A DNA stretch of 64,000 nucleotides from an uncultured Chloroflexia bacterium (GCA_963763775.1 CAVXPZ010000001.1:288001-352000), one strand, 5' to 3'. Shown: positions 35,186 to 45,112, numbered from the stretch's first letter. Notes: generated by a model not told the origin, from the letters alone. Program-made: numbers and translations.

Positions 35186-36410
35186 GTGGTGACCGCGACG
35201 CCGGCCGACCTCGGGTTCGACCCGGCCGACCCGGCGTTCATCGCCGACCCGTACCCGGTGTTCCGTGAGATGCGGGAGCGCCACCCGGTCATCTACGACG
35301 AGCGGACGTCGCAGTGGCTCGTCACGCGCCACGCGGACGTCGACCGGCTGCTGCGCGACCGGCGGCTGGGCCGCTCCTACCTGCACACGGCGACCCACGA
35401 GGAGATGGGTCGAACGCCGCCGCCCGCGTGGCACGCGCCGTTCACCGAGCTGAACGGCAACGGCATGCTCGACCGCGAGCCGCCCGACCACACGCGGCTG
35501 CGACGGCTCGTGCTCAAGGCGTTCACGCCGCGCACCGTCGAAGGGCTCCGGGTGCGGATCCAGGCGCTCGTCGACGGGTACCTCGACGACCTCGAGGGCG
35601 CCGGCGAAGTGGACCTGATCGCCCAGTACATCGAACCGTTGCCGGTGACCGTCATCGCCGACCTGCTCGGCGATCCCCGAGGCGGACCGGCACCAGCTGC
35701 GACCGTGGTCGCGCGACATCTGCCTGATGTACGAGCTCAACCCGCCCGACGCGTCGGCCCGCAAGGCGGTCACCGCCAGCCTCGAGTTCTCGGCCTATCT
35801 GCGCGAGCTCCTCCGCGACCGTCGCACCCGCCCCGGCGACGACCTCATCAGCGAGCTCGCGGCGGTCGTCGACGACGGCGACAAGCTCACCGAGGACGAG
35901 CTGATCGGCACCTGCGTGCTGCTGCTCAACGCCGGCCACGAGGCGTCCGTGAACGGTGCCGGGAACGGCTGGTGGACGCTGTTCCGTCACCCGGACCAGC
36001 TCGCGCGGTTCCGGGAGGACCCGGCGCTCGCCTCGACAGCCGTCGATGAGTTGCTGCGGTTCGACACGCCGCTGGCGCTGTTCGAGCGCTGGGTGCTCGA
36101 GGACATCGAGGTCGGTGGGATGATGCTCCCGCGAGGCTCGGAGCTGGCCCTCCAGTTCGCCTCGGCGAACCGCGACCCGTCCGTCTTCGCCGCCGCGGAC
36201 GAGCTGGACCTCGGCCGGTCGCCGAACCCGCACGTGTCGTTCGGGGCCGGGATCCATTACTGCCTCGGCGCCCCGCTCGCCCGGCTCGAGTTGCAGATCG
36301 CGTTCTCGACCCTGCTGCGCCGGGCGCCCGGACTCGAACTCGTCGAGGTGCCCGAGTGGAAGCCGACGTACGTCCTGCGCGGGCTGCGCTCGCTCCTGGT
36401 CCGCTGGTGA
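35186..36410 (+). CDS. Cytochrome P450 (frameshift near 35675)
   Basis: EPPDHTRLRRLV, AGHEAS I-helix, ELLR, FGAGIHYCLG heme motif. Confidence 0.92.
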
Positions 36411-36417
36411 GGGACCG

Positions 36418-37048
36418 GTGACCGGGACGGGCTCGGCGGCGCGGTACGTCGCGCTCGGGGACTCGTACACGATCGGGACCGCGGTGGCCGTGGCCGACCG
36501 ATTCCCGGAGCAGCTCGTTGGCCTCCTCGCGGACACGCCCACACCGCTCGACCTGGTCGCCAACCTCGGCGTCAACGGGTACACGACCGCGGATCTCATC
36601 CGCGACGAACTGCCGGTGCTCGCGGGACTCCGTCCGGCCCTCGTGACACTCCTGATCGGCGTCAACGACGTCGTCGCCGGCGTCACGGCGACGGCCTACG
36701 AAGCGAACGTCGTCACGATCCTTGACGCCATCGAGGCGACCGTGCCCGCGGAGCGGATCGTGACCGTGGCGATCCCCGACTACACGGCGACGCCGCGCGG
36801 CGCCGATTTCGGGGACCCGCGCCAGCAGCACGACGCCATCGTGGCGAACAACGCGGCGATGCGGCGAGCAGGCCGACACCCGACGCATCCCGTTCGTCGA
36901 CATCTTCGACCTCTCCCTCGCTGCCGCCGCCGACCGCTCGCTGGTCGCCGACGACGGCCTCCACCCATCCGGAGCGCAGTACAAGCGCTGGGTCGAGCGG
37001 ATCGGCCCGGTCGTCCTGGCGTCGCTCGGCCGGGAACCGGGCCGATGA
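36418..37048 (+). CDS. SGNH/GDSL hydrolase (frameshift near 36870)
   Basis: ALGDSYT and IGVND; DGLHPS lies in the shifted frame, which ends at TGA 37046-37048. Confidence 0.85.
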
Positions 37049-37740
37049 GCGTGGTCCAACCACGGATCGAACGGGTGCGGCTTGCGATCGCGTCAGCAGA
37101 GGCTGCCGCCCTGGCCGGGCTGGCCGCCGCGGTCCTGCTGTCGTCCTCGGTCTACCTGCTCAGCCGGCAGCCGGGCGTCGGGTCGTCCCCCGACGACCTC
37201 GCGTGGTACGCCGACCCCTCGAACCGGTCGACCGTCTTCCTCGGCCTCAACCTTGCGCCGCTCGGCGTCGTCGCCCTCCTGTGGTTCATGGCCGTCATCC
37301 GGCGCCGCCTCGGCGCCCGCGAGGACCAGTTCTTCGCCACGGTGTTCCTCGGCAGCGGGATCGCCTTCGGGCTGCTGACCATCACCGCCGCCGTCTGCGC
37401 CGCCGCCCCGACCTTCGTGGTCGAGTACGGCACGATCGCCTCGCTCGAGCCCTCGACGGTCGCCCTCGCCCACGGCCTGTGGGTCGGACTCTGGAGCGTC
37501 GGCGCCTCGCGGCTGGTCGGCGTGTTCATCGCAGCGACGTCGACGATCGGGCTGCGATTCGGGGCGCTGCCCCCATGGCTCGGTCGCCTCGGCCTCGTTG
37601 TCGGGGTGATCATGAGCCTCACGGGCGCGTTCGCGGGGCCGCTCGACTTCCTCTTCGCGGCGTGGCTCGCCCTGGTCAGCTTCACGCTGTTGCTGGACGG
37701 ACGGCGCCGCCGCCGCGTGGCTGAGGCACCCTCGGGCTGA
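37045..37740 (+). CDS. Multi-pass membrane protein
   Basis: ATGA overlap with the SGNH gene; about 6 hydrophobic segments; EDQFFATVFLGSG. Confidence 0.75.
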   Translation: MSVVQPRIERVRLAIASAEAAALAGLAAAVLLSSSVYLLSRQPGVGSSPDDLAWYADPSNRSTVFLGLNLAPLGVVALLWFMAVIRRRLGAREDQFFATVFLGSGIAFGLLTITAAVCAAAPTFVVEYGTIASLEPSTVALAHGLWVGLWSVGASRLVGVFIAATSTIGLRFGALPPWLGRLGLVVGVIMSLTGAFAGPLDFLFAAWLALVSFTLLLDGRRRRRVAEAPSG

Positions 37741-37763
37741 CGGTCGGTGCCTGGCCCGGTGCG

Positions 37764-38162
37764 TCAGCGGCCGTGGCGCTCCCGCTCGATCTCGTGGAGG
37801 CGCGCGTCGCTGATCCCGAAGTGGTGGGCGATCTCGTGGTGGACGGTGTCGGTCACGCCGGCCGCGAGGGCCTCCGGCGTCCGGTAGGACCGCATCAACG
37901 GGCCGCGGAAGATCGTGATCTTGTTCGGGACGGCGGCCAGGTCCGCCCCGTACGCGGTCCGCGGGATGCCCTGGTACAGCCCATAGAGGCCGCGCGCGCC
38001 GACCGAGGCGAGCTGCGCCGCGTTGGGTTCCTCCTCGATGACGATCGCGACGCTCCCGAGCTGGTCGGCGAAGACGGGCGGGAGCGCTTCGAGCGCATCG
38101 ATGACGAGGCCCTCGAGATCGACGGTGTCGAGCGAGGCCGAGGGTGAGACCGGGTCTTGCAC
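37764..38162 (-). CDS. Zincin-like metallopeptidase (DUF1025 type)
   Basis: LYGLYQGIP, PNKITIFRGP, HHEIAHHFG. Confidence 0.88.
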   Translation of the reverse strand: MQDPVSPSASLDTVDLEGLVIDALEALPPVFADQLGSVAIVIEEEPNAAQLASVGARGLYGLYQGIPRTAYGADLAAVPNKITIFRGPLMRSYRTPEALAAGVTDTVHHEIAHHFGISDARLHEIERERHGR

Positions 38163-38233
38163 CCGTCAACGATACCCGCGACGGCCGATCCAGCCTCCGG
38201 ACGAGTCCGCCGCGGGCGCGGGCGCGGGAGCCA

Positions 38234-38261
38234 TGTCGATTTCGGCCATCGCCCGTTCGAC
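38234..38261 (+). promoter_or_regulatory. ECF42-type promoter TGTCGA-N18-CGAC
   Basis: tgtcga 38234-38239 and cgac 38258-38261 upstream of DGPF/YciI genes; matches the reported ECF42 consensus. Confidence 0.7.
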
Positions 38262-38339
38262 GTCGGTATAGGAGCCGGTGAGACCGATCGAGACAGACCG
38301 GACGCGGCGCTCCCGAACAGGGATGGAGGTGACACGACG

Positions 38340-38717
38340 ATGCGAGCGATGGTCCTCATCCGGACCGACGGCCGGGATCCGGCACCGCCCGGGGCCGAGA
38401 AGGCGCCTGGCGGATCGAAGCGGTTCGATGCCGAACTCGTCCGCGCCGGGGTACTCCTGGCGTCAGAACGCGTGCGTGCCGGCGCCGAGGTGGTCCGGGT
38501 GCGGTCCGGCCAAGGGGCGCGCGCTGTCGCGACCCGGGCATCGGACGGGGCGAACGGGGCGAACGGGCCGGTGACCGGCCTGTGGCTCTGGCAGGTCCGA
38601 TCGCTCGAGGAGGCGACCGAATGGGCCATGCGCGCTCCCGAGCTGGCGACGGGCGCGATCGAGATCGAGATCCGCCAGGTCATCGAGCCCGGCGACGACC
38701 CGGGCGCGGGACGGTAG
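38340..38717 (+). CDS. Degenerate YciI/DGPF-like protein
   Basis: ELVRAGVLL, WQVRSLEEATEWA, EIEIRQV; DGPF motif absent. Confidence 0.7.
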   Translation: MRAMVLIRTDGRDPAPPGAEKAPGGSKRFDAELVRAGVLLASERVRAGAEVVRVRSGQGARAVATRASDGANGANGPVTGLWLWQVRSLEEATEWAMRAPELATGAIEIEIRQVIEPGDDPGAGR

Positions 38718-38769
38718 GCTGCCCCTACCTCCCGTCGAACCCAAGCGACGAACGAAGGAGATCCTCGAG

Positions 38770-39129
38770 ATGAAGTTCTTCATGTACACGCTCGGCGACG
38801 AGAACGTGCCGATGCCACCCCCGACCCCGGAGCTCTTCGAGCGCATGGGCGCCTTCATGCAGAAGGCCGTCGAGTCGGGCGCACTGATCGAGACCGGCGG
38901 CTTCGGCCCGAGCGTCCTCGGCGCGAAGGTCAGCCTCGCGGACGGCGAGTACACCGTGACCGACGGCCCGTTCTCCGAGGCCAAGGAGCTGATCGGGGGC
39001 TGGGCCCTCGTGAACGCCGCGTCGAAGGCGGAGGCCATCGAGATGGCCAAGGAGTTCCTCTCGATCGTCGGCGGCGGTGAGTCCCGCATCCGGCAGGTCT
39101 TCGGGCCGGAGGACGGCCCGCCCCAGTGA
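38770..39129 (+). CDS. YciI/DGPF protein
   Basis: VTDGPFSEAKELIGG; AAGGAG SD. Confidence 0.92.
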   Translation: MKFFMYTLGDENVPMPPPTPELFERMGAFMQKAVESGALIETGGFGPSVLGAKVSLADGEYTVTDGPFSEAKELIGGWALVNAASKAEAIEMAKEFLSIVGGGESRIRQVFGPEDGPPQ

Positions 39130-40415
39130 CGGGACCCGACACGCATCGAGCGATCGATGCGGTCTGGCGGATCGAGTCGGCCCGGCTGATCGCCGGGCTG
39201 ACGCGCATCGTCCGCGATGTCGGACTCGCCGAGGACCTGGCCCAGGACGCCCTGGTCGCGGCGCTCCAGCAATGGCCCGACTCGGGCGTCCCGGACAATC
39301 CGGGGGCCTGGCTGATGGCCGTCGGACGCCGGCGCGCCATCGACGTCCTCCGCCGGCAGGCGACGCTCGACCGAAAGCACGACGAGGTCGGCCGCGACCT
39401 CCAGGTCCAGCAGGATCTGGCGATCGCCGAGCGCGAGGCCGCGACGGACGACGACGTCGGCGACGACCTGCTGCGGCTCGTCTTCGTCGCGTGCCACCCC
39501 GTGCTCTCCCTGGACGCCCGGGTCGCGTTGACGCTCCGGTTGCTCGGCGGTCTCACGACACCGGAGATCGCGCGGGCCTTCCTCGTCCCCGAAGCGACCG
39601 TCGCCCAGCGGATCGTCCGTGCGAAGCGGACACTCACTGAGGCGCGGGTGCCGTTCGAGGTCCCGCGAGCGGCCGAGCTCCCGGCTCGCCTGTCCTCCGT
39701 GCTCGGGGTCATCTACCTCATCTTCAACGAGGGGTACTCGGCGACGTCCGGCGACGACTGGATGCGACCCGGCCTGTGCGAGGACGCGCTCCGCCTCGGC
39801 CGGATCGTCGCGGAGCTGATGCCGGCGGAGTCCGAGGCCCACGGCCTGGTCGCCCTCATGGAGATCCAGGCGTCGCGCTCGACGGCGCGCGTCGGGCCGG
39901 GCGGCGAGCCGATCCTCCTGCTCGACCAGGACCGGAACCGGTGGGACCCGCTGCTCATCCGCCGCGGCCTGACCGCGCTCGAACGGGCCCAGCGGATCGG
40001 CGGCGCACTCGGCCCGTACGGCTTGCAGGCCGCGATCGCCGCGTGCCATGCGCGCGCGACGACCCCGGACGCGACCGACTGGGCGCGGATCTCGGCGCTG
40101 TACGACGCCCTGGCCGAGCTGACGCCGTCGCCCGTCGTCGAGCTGAACCGGGCCGTGGCCGTGTCGATGGCCTTCGGCCCGGCCGCCGGCCTCGAGCTCG
40201 TCGACCGGCTCACCGACGACCCCGCGCTCCGGGCCTACCACCTGCTCCCGAGCGTCCGCGGCGATCTCCTGGCGAAGCTCGGCCGGCTCGACGAGGCCAC
40301 CGCGGAGTTCGAGCGCGCCGCCGCGCTCACCCGGAACACCCGGGAACGGACGCTGCTCCTCGAGCGGGCGGAGGCGCTGGCCGGAGACGCGGGAGATCGG
40401 CCGCCGGCTCGCTAG
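39126..40415 (+). CDS. ECF42-type sigma factor with C-terminal DUF6596/TPR extension
   Basis: AEDLAQDA, LVFVACHP, IYLIFNEGY, QAAIAACH, PVVELNRAVA. Confidence 0.92.
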   Translation: MTGPDTHRAIDAVWRIESARLIAGLTRIVRDVGLAEDLAQDALVAALQQWPDSGVPDNPGAWLMAVGRRRAIDVLRRQATLDRKHDEVGRDLQVQQDLAIAEREAATDDDVGDDLLRLVFVACHPVLSLDARVALTLRLLGGLTTPEIARAFLVPEATVAQRIVRAKRTLTEARVPFEVPRAAELPARLSSVLGVIYLIFNEGYSATSGDDWMRPGLCEDALRLGRIVAELMPAESEAHGLVALMEIQASRSTARVGPGGEPILLLDQDRNRWDPLLIRRGLTALERAQRIGGALGPYGLQAAIAACHARATTPDATDWARISALYDALAELTPSPVVELNRAVAVSMAFGPAAGLELVDRLTDDPALRAYHLLPSVRGDLLAKLGRLDEATAEFERAAALTRNTRERTLLLERAEALAGDAGDRPPAR

Positions 40416-40497
40416 GGCGTCGTGGGTCGATGCGGATACGATGCCGACTGACGACGGATCGGCGTTCCTAGGCCGATCGCTGGACGAGGAGTGACGC

Positions 40498-41178
40498 ATG
40501 AGGATCCGGCCCGCGGCCATCGCGATCGCGATCGCGGCGAGTGCGGCTGGGGCGGTCGCCCTGGTCCGCCAGAACCACCGTGTCGCGACCGCGCGAGCCG
40601 CCGACGGCGGCGTGCTGATGGGCGACGTGGCCGCCTACGACCGGATGAGCCGATGGTTCCTCGGGTCGCTGTTCCGAGGGATCGCCGCCGATGTCGCGGG
40701 CGCCGTCCCGCCGGCCGGCCGGGTCCTCGAGGTCGGCTGTGGTCCCGGCCTCCTGTCGATCCGGTTGGCCGGGTCGCACGGACTCGACGTCACGGGCCTC
40801 GACCTCGACCCCGAGATGATCGAGCGAGCGCGCGCAAACGCGGCGGGGGTCGCGGACGCCGCCGCCCTGTCGTTCGTTGCCGGCGACGTCGCGGCCCTTC
40901 CCTTCGAGGACGCGGCGTTCGACGCGGTGGTCAGCACGATGTCGATGCACCATTGGCCGGATCGAGCCGCGGCCTTGGGCGAGATCGCGCGAGTCCTTCG
41001 ACCGGGCGGCCGCGTCCTGATCTGGGATCTCAAGCCGGGGATCCTCCCGTTCCATCCGAAGACGCATGGCGAGCACGAGGCGATGGCCGGTCTCGCGCTG
41101 CACCCGGTCGGGATCAGCGACTGGCGATGGCCCGGCCCGCTGGTCCTGACGCAGCGGTTCGAACTCGAGCGCGATTGA
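40498..41178 (+). CDS. Class I SAM-dependent methyltransferase
   Basis: VLEVGCGPG, GDVAALPF, RVLRPGG. Confidence 0.88.
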   Translation: MRIRPAAIAIAIAASAAGAVALVRQNHRVATARAADGGVLMGDVAAYDRMSRWFLGSLFRGIAADVAGAVPPAGRVLEVGCGPGLLSIRLAGSHGLDVTGLDLDPEMIERARANAAGVADAAALSFVAGDVAALPFEDAAFDAVVSTMSMHHWPDRAAALGEIARVLRPGGRVLIWDLKPGILPFHPKTHGEHEAMAGLALHPVGISDWRWPGPLVLTQRFELERD

Positions 41179-41196
41179 AGCTGGAGGGTCAACGGC

Positions 41197-42060
41197 ATGC
41201 CTCGCCTGCAGTCCAAGAGCTTCGCGACGCCTGATGACGTCCACTCGATGCCGAAGGCGCGCTTCGAGACGGTCGGCATGGGCGATGCCACCGTCGGGCA
41301 CTGCACCTTCGAGCCCGGCTGGCGCTGGTCAGCGGACATGGCGCCGATGGTGGGGACCCGGAGCTGTCAGATGCGCCATTTCGGGTACACGATCTCCGGG
41401 GCGATGCACATCGTCATGGACGACGGCACGACGCTGGATATCGGCCCGAATGCCGTGTTCGAAGTCCCCCCGGGTCATGACAAGTGGGTGCAGGGCGATG
41501 AGCCATGGGTTTGCGTGGAGTGGGGAGGGACAGCCCGGGCGCAGAAGATGGCCTTCGACGACACCGATCAGCGGATGCTCGCGACGGTCGTGTTCACGGA
41601 CATCGTCGACTCGACTGTCACGCTCGAGCGCCTTGGGGACGAGGCCTGGCGCGCTGTGCTGGTCGCCCATAACGCACGGTTCCGCGAACAACTGAACCTG
41701 TATCGCGGTCGTGAGGTGAACACGACGGGCGACGGGTTCCTCGCGATCTTCGACAGCGCCACCCGGGCCGTGCGGTGCGCGACGGCGATGACCCGGTCGG
41801 CCGTGGACATGGATCTGCACATCCGCGCCGGGGTCCATACGGGCGAGGTCGACGTCTCGGGGGAGGACGCGCGCGGTCTCGCCGTCCACGCTGCTGCCCG
41901 GATCCTCGCCCTTGCCGGACCCGACGAGGTGCTCGTCTCATCCACGACCGGCGAATTGCTTGACGGCTCGGGCCTGGAGCTCGAGGACGCCGGAATGCAC
42001 GAGCTGAAGGGCATCGCCGGAGCTCGCCATCTGCTGCGAGTCGTCGACGCGGGGACGTAG
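41197..42060 (+). CDS. Cupin plus class III adenylate/guanylate cyclase fusion
   Basis: CQMRHFGY..PPGHDKWV cupin; FTDIVDST, TGDGF, RAGVHTGE, VHAAARI cyclase. Confidence 0.88.
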   Translation: MPRLQSKSFATPDDVHSMPKARFETVGMGDATVGHCTFEPGWRWSADMAPMVGTRSCQMRHFGYTISGAMHIVMDDGTTLDIGPNAVFEVPPGHDKWVQGDEPWVCVEWGGTARAQKMAFDDTDQRMLATVVFTDIVDSTVTLERLGDEAWRAVLVAHNARFREQLNLYRGREVNTTGDGFLAIFDSATRAVRCATAMTRSAVDMDLHIRAGVHTGEVDVSGEDARGLAVHAAARILALAGPDEVLVSSTTGELLDGSGLELEDAGMHELKGIAGARHLLRVVDAGT

Positions 42061-42074
42061 TCCGGAACGATCGC

Positions 42075-42911
42075 TCAGCTTTCCGCGACGTGGTCGGCCC
42101 AACGGTGGTCCGGCTCATAGCCCAGGACGCGGCGTGCGTGGTCGATCGAGAGCAGCGTCTCTCGGCCGTGGACTTCGCGGGTGATCGGGACGGACGGGAA
42201 GACCTCGGCCATCAGGTCCGCGCTTGGCCGGGTCATGACCGTCTCGGCGGCCGCCACGATGCAGATCTCGGCGCCCGTGACATCGGCGTCCAGCGCGAGT
42301 CGGCAAGCCTTCGCGACATCGCGGCAGTCGACGTATCCCCAGAGATTCCACCTGCGGATCCGCGCGTCGTCCCAATAGGAGGGGAAGGCCGCGTAGTCGT
42401 CGGGCTCCATGATGTTCGAGATCCGCAGGCCCACGAAGGGGATCCCGGTCCGGCGATTGGACTGGACGGCCATCGTCTCGGCCACCAGTTTCGAGAGGGC
42501 ATACGACGACTCGGGTCGCGGCTCGATGGTCTCGTCGATCGGGGCGAACTGCGGCGGCGTGTCGAACGGGAGGCCGAGCACGGTCTCGCTCGAGGCCCAG
42601 ACCACTCGTCGAAGGTCGTGCGCCTCGGCGGCGGCGAACACGTTGTACGTGGACAGCGCGTTGATCCGGAAGGTCTCAGCGTGTGGACGGATGTCCGGAG
42701 CGGGGATCGCCGCGAGGTGGACGACGGCCTCGGCTCGGGCAAGCGCCTCGTACGCCTGGCCGGCGTCGGCGAGATCGGCCACGAGGCACTGCCCATGCGC
42801 CGAACCGTCATGGCGCGTATCCACGTTCAGGACGTCGTGGCCGTGCTCGCGCAGGTCGCGGACGACCCACCGCCCGGCCTTGCCGCTTCCGCCTGTCACG
42901 ACGATCCGCAC
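42075..42911 (-). CDS. NAD-dependent epimerase/dehydratase
   Basis: VTGGSGKAG, VVHLAA, YALSK. Confidence 0.9.
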   Translation of the reverse strand: MRIVVTGGSGKAGRWVVRDLREHGHDVLNVDTRHDGSAHGQCLVADLADAGQAYEALARAEAVVHLAAIPAPDIRPHAETFRINALSTYNVFAAAEAHDLRRVVWASSETVLGLPFDTPPQFAPIDETIEPRPESSYALSKLVAETMAVQSNRRTGIPFVGLRISNIMEPDDYAAFPSYWDDARIRRWNLWGYVDCRDVAKACRLALDADVTGAEICIVAAAETVMTRPSADLMAEVFPSVPITREVHGRETLLSIDHARRVLGYEPDHRWADHVAES

Positions 42912-43017
42912 TGGAGGCCTCCTTGCCCGGGGACGTCATTGTGCGACACGCGGTGCCCTCGGCGCGTCGACGGAAGCCGCGGCGTCGCGGCCGGCGGTCC
43001 ATGGCGACCCGTTCGAG

Positions 43018-43075
43018 CGGGCTACCACGGACCTCCCGATGACGACCTCGCCCCGAACGACTTCACGCAACTCCA
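43018..43075 (+). repeat. Left copy of 58-bp direct repeat (degenerate dnaE promoter/start stub)
   Basis: 54 of 59 aligned columns match 48034-48091; one frame reads LAPNDFTQL vs DnaE LAPNDFTHL. Confidence 0.9.
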
Positions 43076-43169
43076 GTGGTCGATAGCTCCGAGTTTGAGC
43101 GCGGTCTAGCTGCATTTGACGTCGACGCATCAACGCGCTCGTGGCAGGAGCCGACACGACGAGGGAGGT

Positions 43170-43283
43170 CACCCTGACTGACCGCGAGGTTGCCGTACTC
43201 GCCCTTCCCGCGGGCTGGAGGTTCCAGATCGGCCTCGGCCATGAGGACATCTGGTTCGACAGCGGGCTACTCGCCCCGGGTGA
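43170..43283 (+). pseudogene. Imm33-like immunity protein C-terminal remnant
   Basis: LALPAGWRFQIGLGHEDIWFDSGLL, with LPY in the adjacent frame; resembles the recalled Imm33 motif PYLALPPGWRF..EDVWFD. Confidence 0.55.
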
Positions 43284-43341
43284 CGTTCTCGCACGCTCGC
43301 GAATGTCGGCGACATTGGCCCGGGTTGCGTCCGTAGCCAGG

Positions 43342-44014
43342 TCAGGGCGACGAGCCCGTGCGGGGATTCGTCGCCGCGAAGATCGAGGCCGAGCCGATGG
43401 TCTCCAGCTCCACGTGTTCGAATGATGCCAAGAGGATCTCGCGGAGCCCCTCCTCGGTGTCATCGAGGTTGTCGAAGCCACCCTGCTTGTTGAAGGTGCC
43501 AAGGAACCTCCGTGCCAGCCACGTGTGGTGACCGGAGGTTCCCGAGGACCGATGCACCGAAGAGCACGCCATCCGGCGCAAGGACCGCGGCCACGTTGGC
43601 GACGGCCATCGCCTTGCGCGTGAGCGGCCCAGGCAGGCAATGGATGACCAGGTGCAGTGCGGCGGATTCGAACGGTCCGCTGACGGGAAGCGGCTTGAGG
43701 ACGTCGGCCTCGACCGCCGTGATGTCCAGCTGCCCCAGGCGCTGGGAGACATGACGGAGCACGTTCGGGTTGGGGTCCAGGATCGTCACCGGGCTGCCAT
43801 CGGGGAGACCGGATCGCTCGAGGAAGTAGCCGGAGCCGGGACCCACATCCAGATGGTGGCTGCGGATGCGCTGCTGGTACCGCTCTAGGAGTCGGGTCGT
43901 CGGGCAGCGCCAGACGAACCTGGCGATGGGGCCGAGGACCAGTGGGTCGTACGCGTTCAGCAGCAGCCGCGTGTAGTCCCTCTGGCCCTTGTAGGCGGGG
44001 TCGTCGCGATCCAT
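43342..44014 (-). CDS. Class I SAM methyltransferase (frameshift near 43540)
   Basis: HLDVGPGSGYF, VIHCLPG, FGASVLG; C-terminus in the 43342 frame. Confidence 0.8.
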
Positions 44015-44171
44015 CGGGCTCGAGCGATCCTCCACCGAGGTGGTTGCCGGTCGCGACTGTCGCGGCAGCCCCGAGGGCAGCCCGGACTGCGGCGTGGGAC
44101 GAGGACGAACATGCTACCACAACGCCGAACCATCCCGCGCCGCTCGTCGAGCCCGGTCGTCAAGGCGGCGG

Positions 44172-44210
44172 ATGGTGGACCCACAGGGCAATGAGTTCTG
44201 CTTCGATCTA
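44172..44210 (+). pseudogene. VOC/glyoxalase C-terminal remnant
   Basis: MVDPQGNEFCF with no recognisable upstream part. Confidence 0.45.
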
Positions 44211-44502
44211 CAGTGTTCCCGAGGGCGTGCGAGTGTCTGGGTCCCGCCTGTACCGAGTCGTGATCTTCATCACCGCCGACATGCGCGTCGTCGGCGGTTC
44301 CCGTGAAGGCGAGGTCGTCGAGGTGATCCTCGGCGCGGGAGATGAGCACGAGTCCGACCCTGCCGTCGCGAGCCCCACTTGGCTCGAGTGTCTTCGGAGT
44401 CTCCGACCCCATGAGGGAGCTGTGGCAGTAACGAGCCTCATCCATCGGGTCCGCGGAGCAGCACGACCAGCATTGCAGTCGAACGGACGACCGAGGTGCT
44501 GA
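44191..44502 (+). pseudogene. Fragment of unknown family shared with the 47075 and 47484 genes
   Basis: VPEGVRV...MRVVGGSREGEVVEV pattern. Confidence 0.35.
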
Positions 44503-44560
44503 CGGCATGGGCACGCGAGAGCGGCTTCGACCTATCAGCCGGCCTGTCCGACGCTCACCG

Positions 44561-45112
44561 ATGATCACCACCGACCGACTCGAGACGCTGCCCAAGCCGC
44601 TGATCGTCACGTTTGCCGCCGACTGCGCCGAGCACGTCCTGGCGATCTTCGAGCAGGGATACCCCGACGACCCGCGGCCACGCGAGGCGATCGCCGCCGC
44701 CCGTGACTGGCTGGAAGGAAGGACCTCGAAGGAGCGTCTCGAGAGCGCCCGTGCAGGTGCCATCAAGGCCAGCGGCAAACCCATGGGCAACCATGCCGTC
44801 ACGGGGGCACCAGGGTGGTTCACCGGCCTCCTGCCGAGCGACACGGAGTCGGCGGCTGACGCCGCGGCAGGTGCCGCCTACACAGCTCTCATGGCCAACG
44901 ATGCTGGCGAGGCGGCCCGCGCCGCGAGCCGCGTCGCCGTGGACGCAGCGATGGCCGCGGTCTTCGCTTGGCGGGAGCAGTCTGGGATGGACTTTGCTGC
45001 CGCGGACGCCTACGCGTCCCCTCTCGAGCGTTCCTGGCAGGCCGACCGCCTGGCGACCCTCGAGGCGGACCATTCGGCTTGGCGCACCGGCGACCTGTCG
45101 AAGGGAGCGTGA
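44561..45112 (+). CDS. Putative immunity protein, Imm5-like
   Basis: FAADCAEHVLAIFE..PDDPRPREAIAAAR and ERSWQ; Ala-rich helical body. Confidence 0.65.
   Translation: MITTDRLETLPKPLIVTFAADCAEHVLAIFEQGYPDDPRPREAIAAARDWLEGRTSKERLESARAGAIKASGKPMGNHAVTGAPGWFTGLLPSDTESAADAAAGAAYTALMANDAGEAARAASRVAVDAAMAAVFAWREQSGMDFAAADAYASPLERSWQADRLATLEADHSAWRTGDLSKGA

Noticed and set aside
36418-37740. Apparent SGNH-membrane fusion
   Set aside because: Indel near 36870; the catalytic DGLHP lies in another frame that stops at 37048
43254-43283. gttcgacagcgggctactcgccccg echoing the dnaE stub
   Set aside because: Needs a gap of about 20 nt and is explained by the Imm33-like codons FDSGLLAP; probably chance
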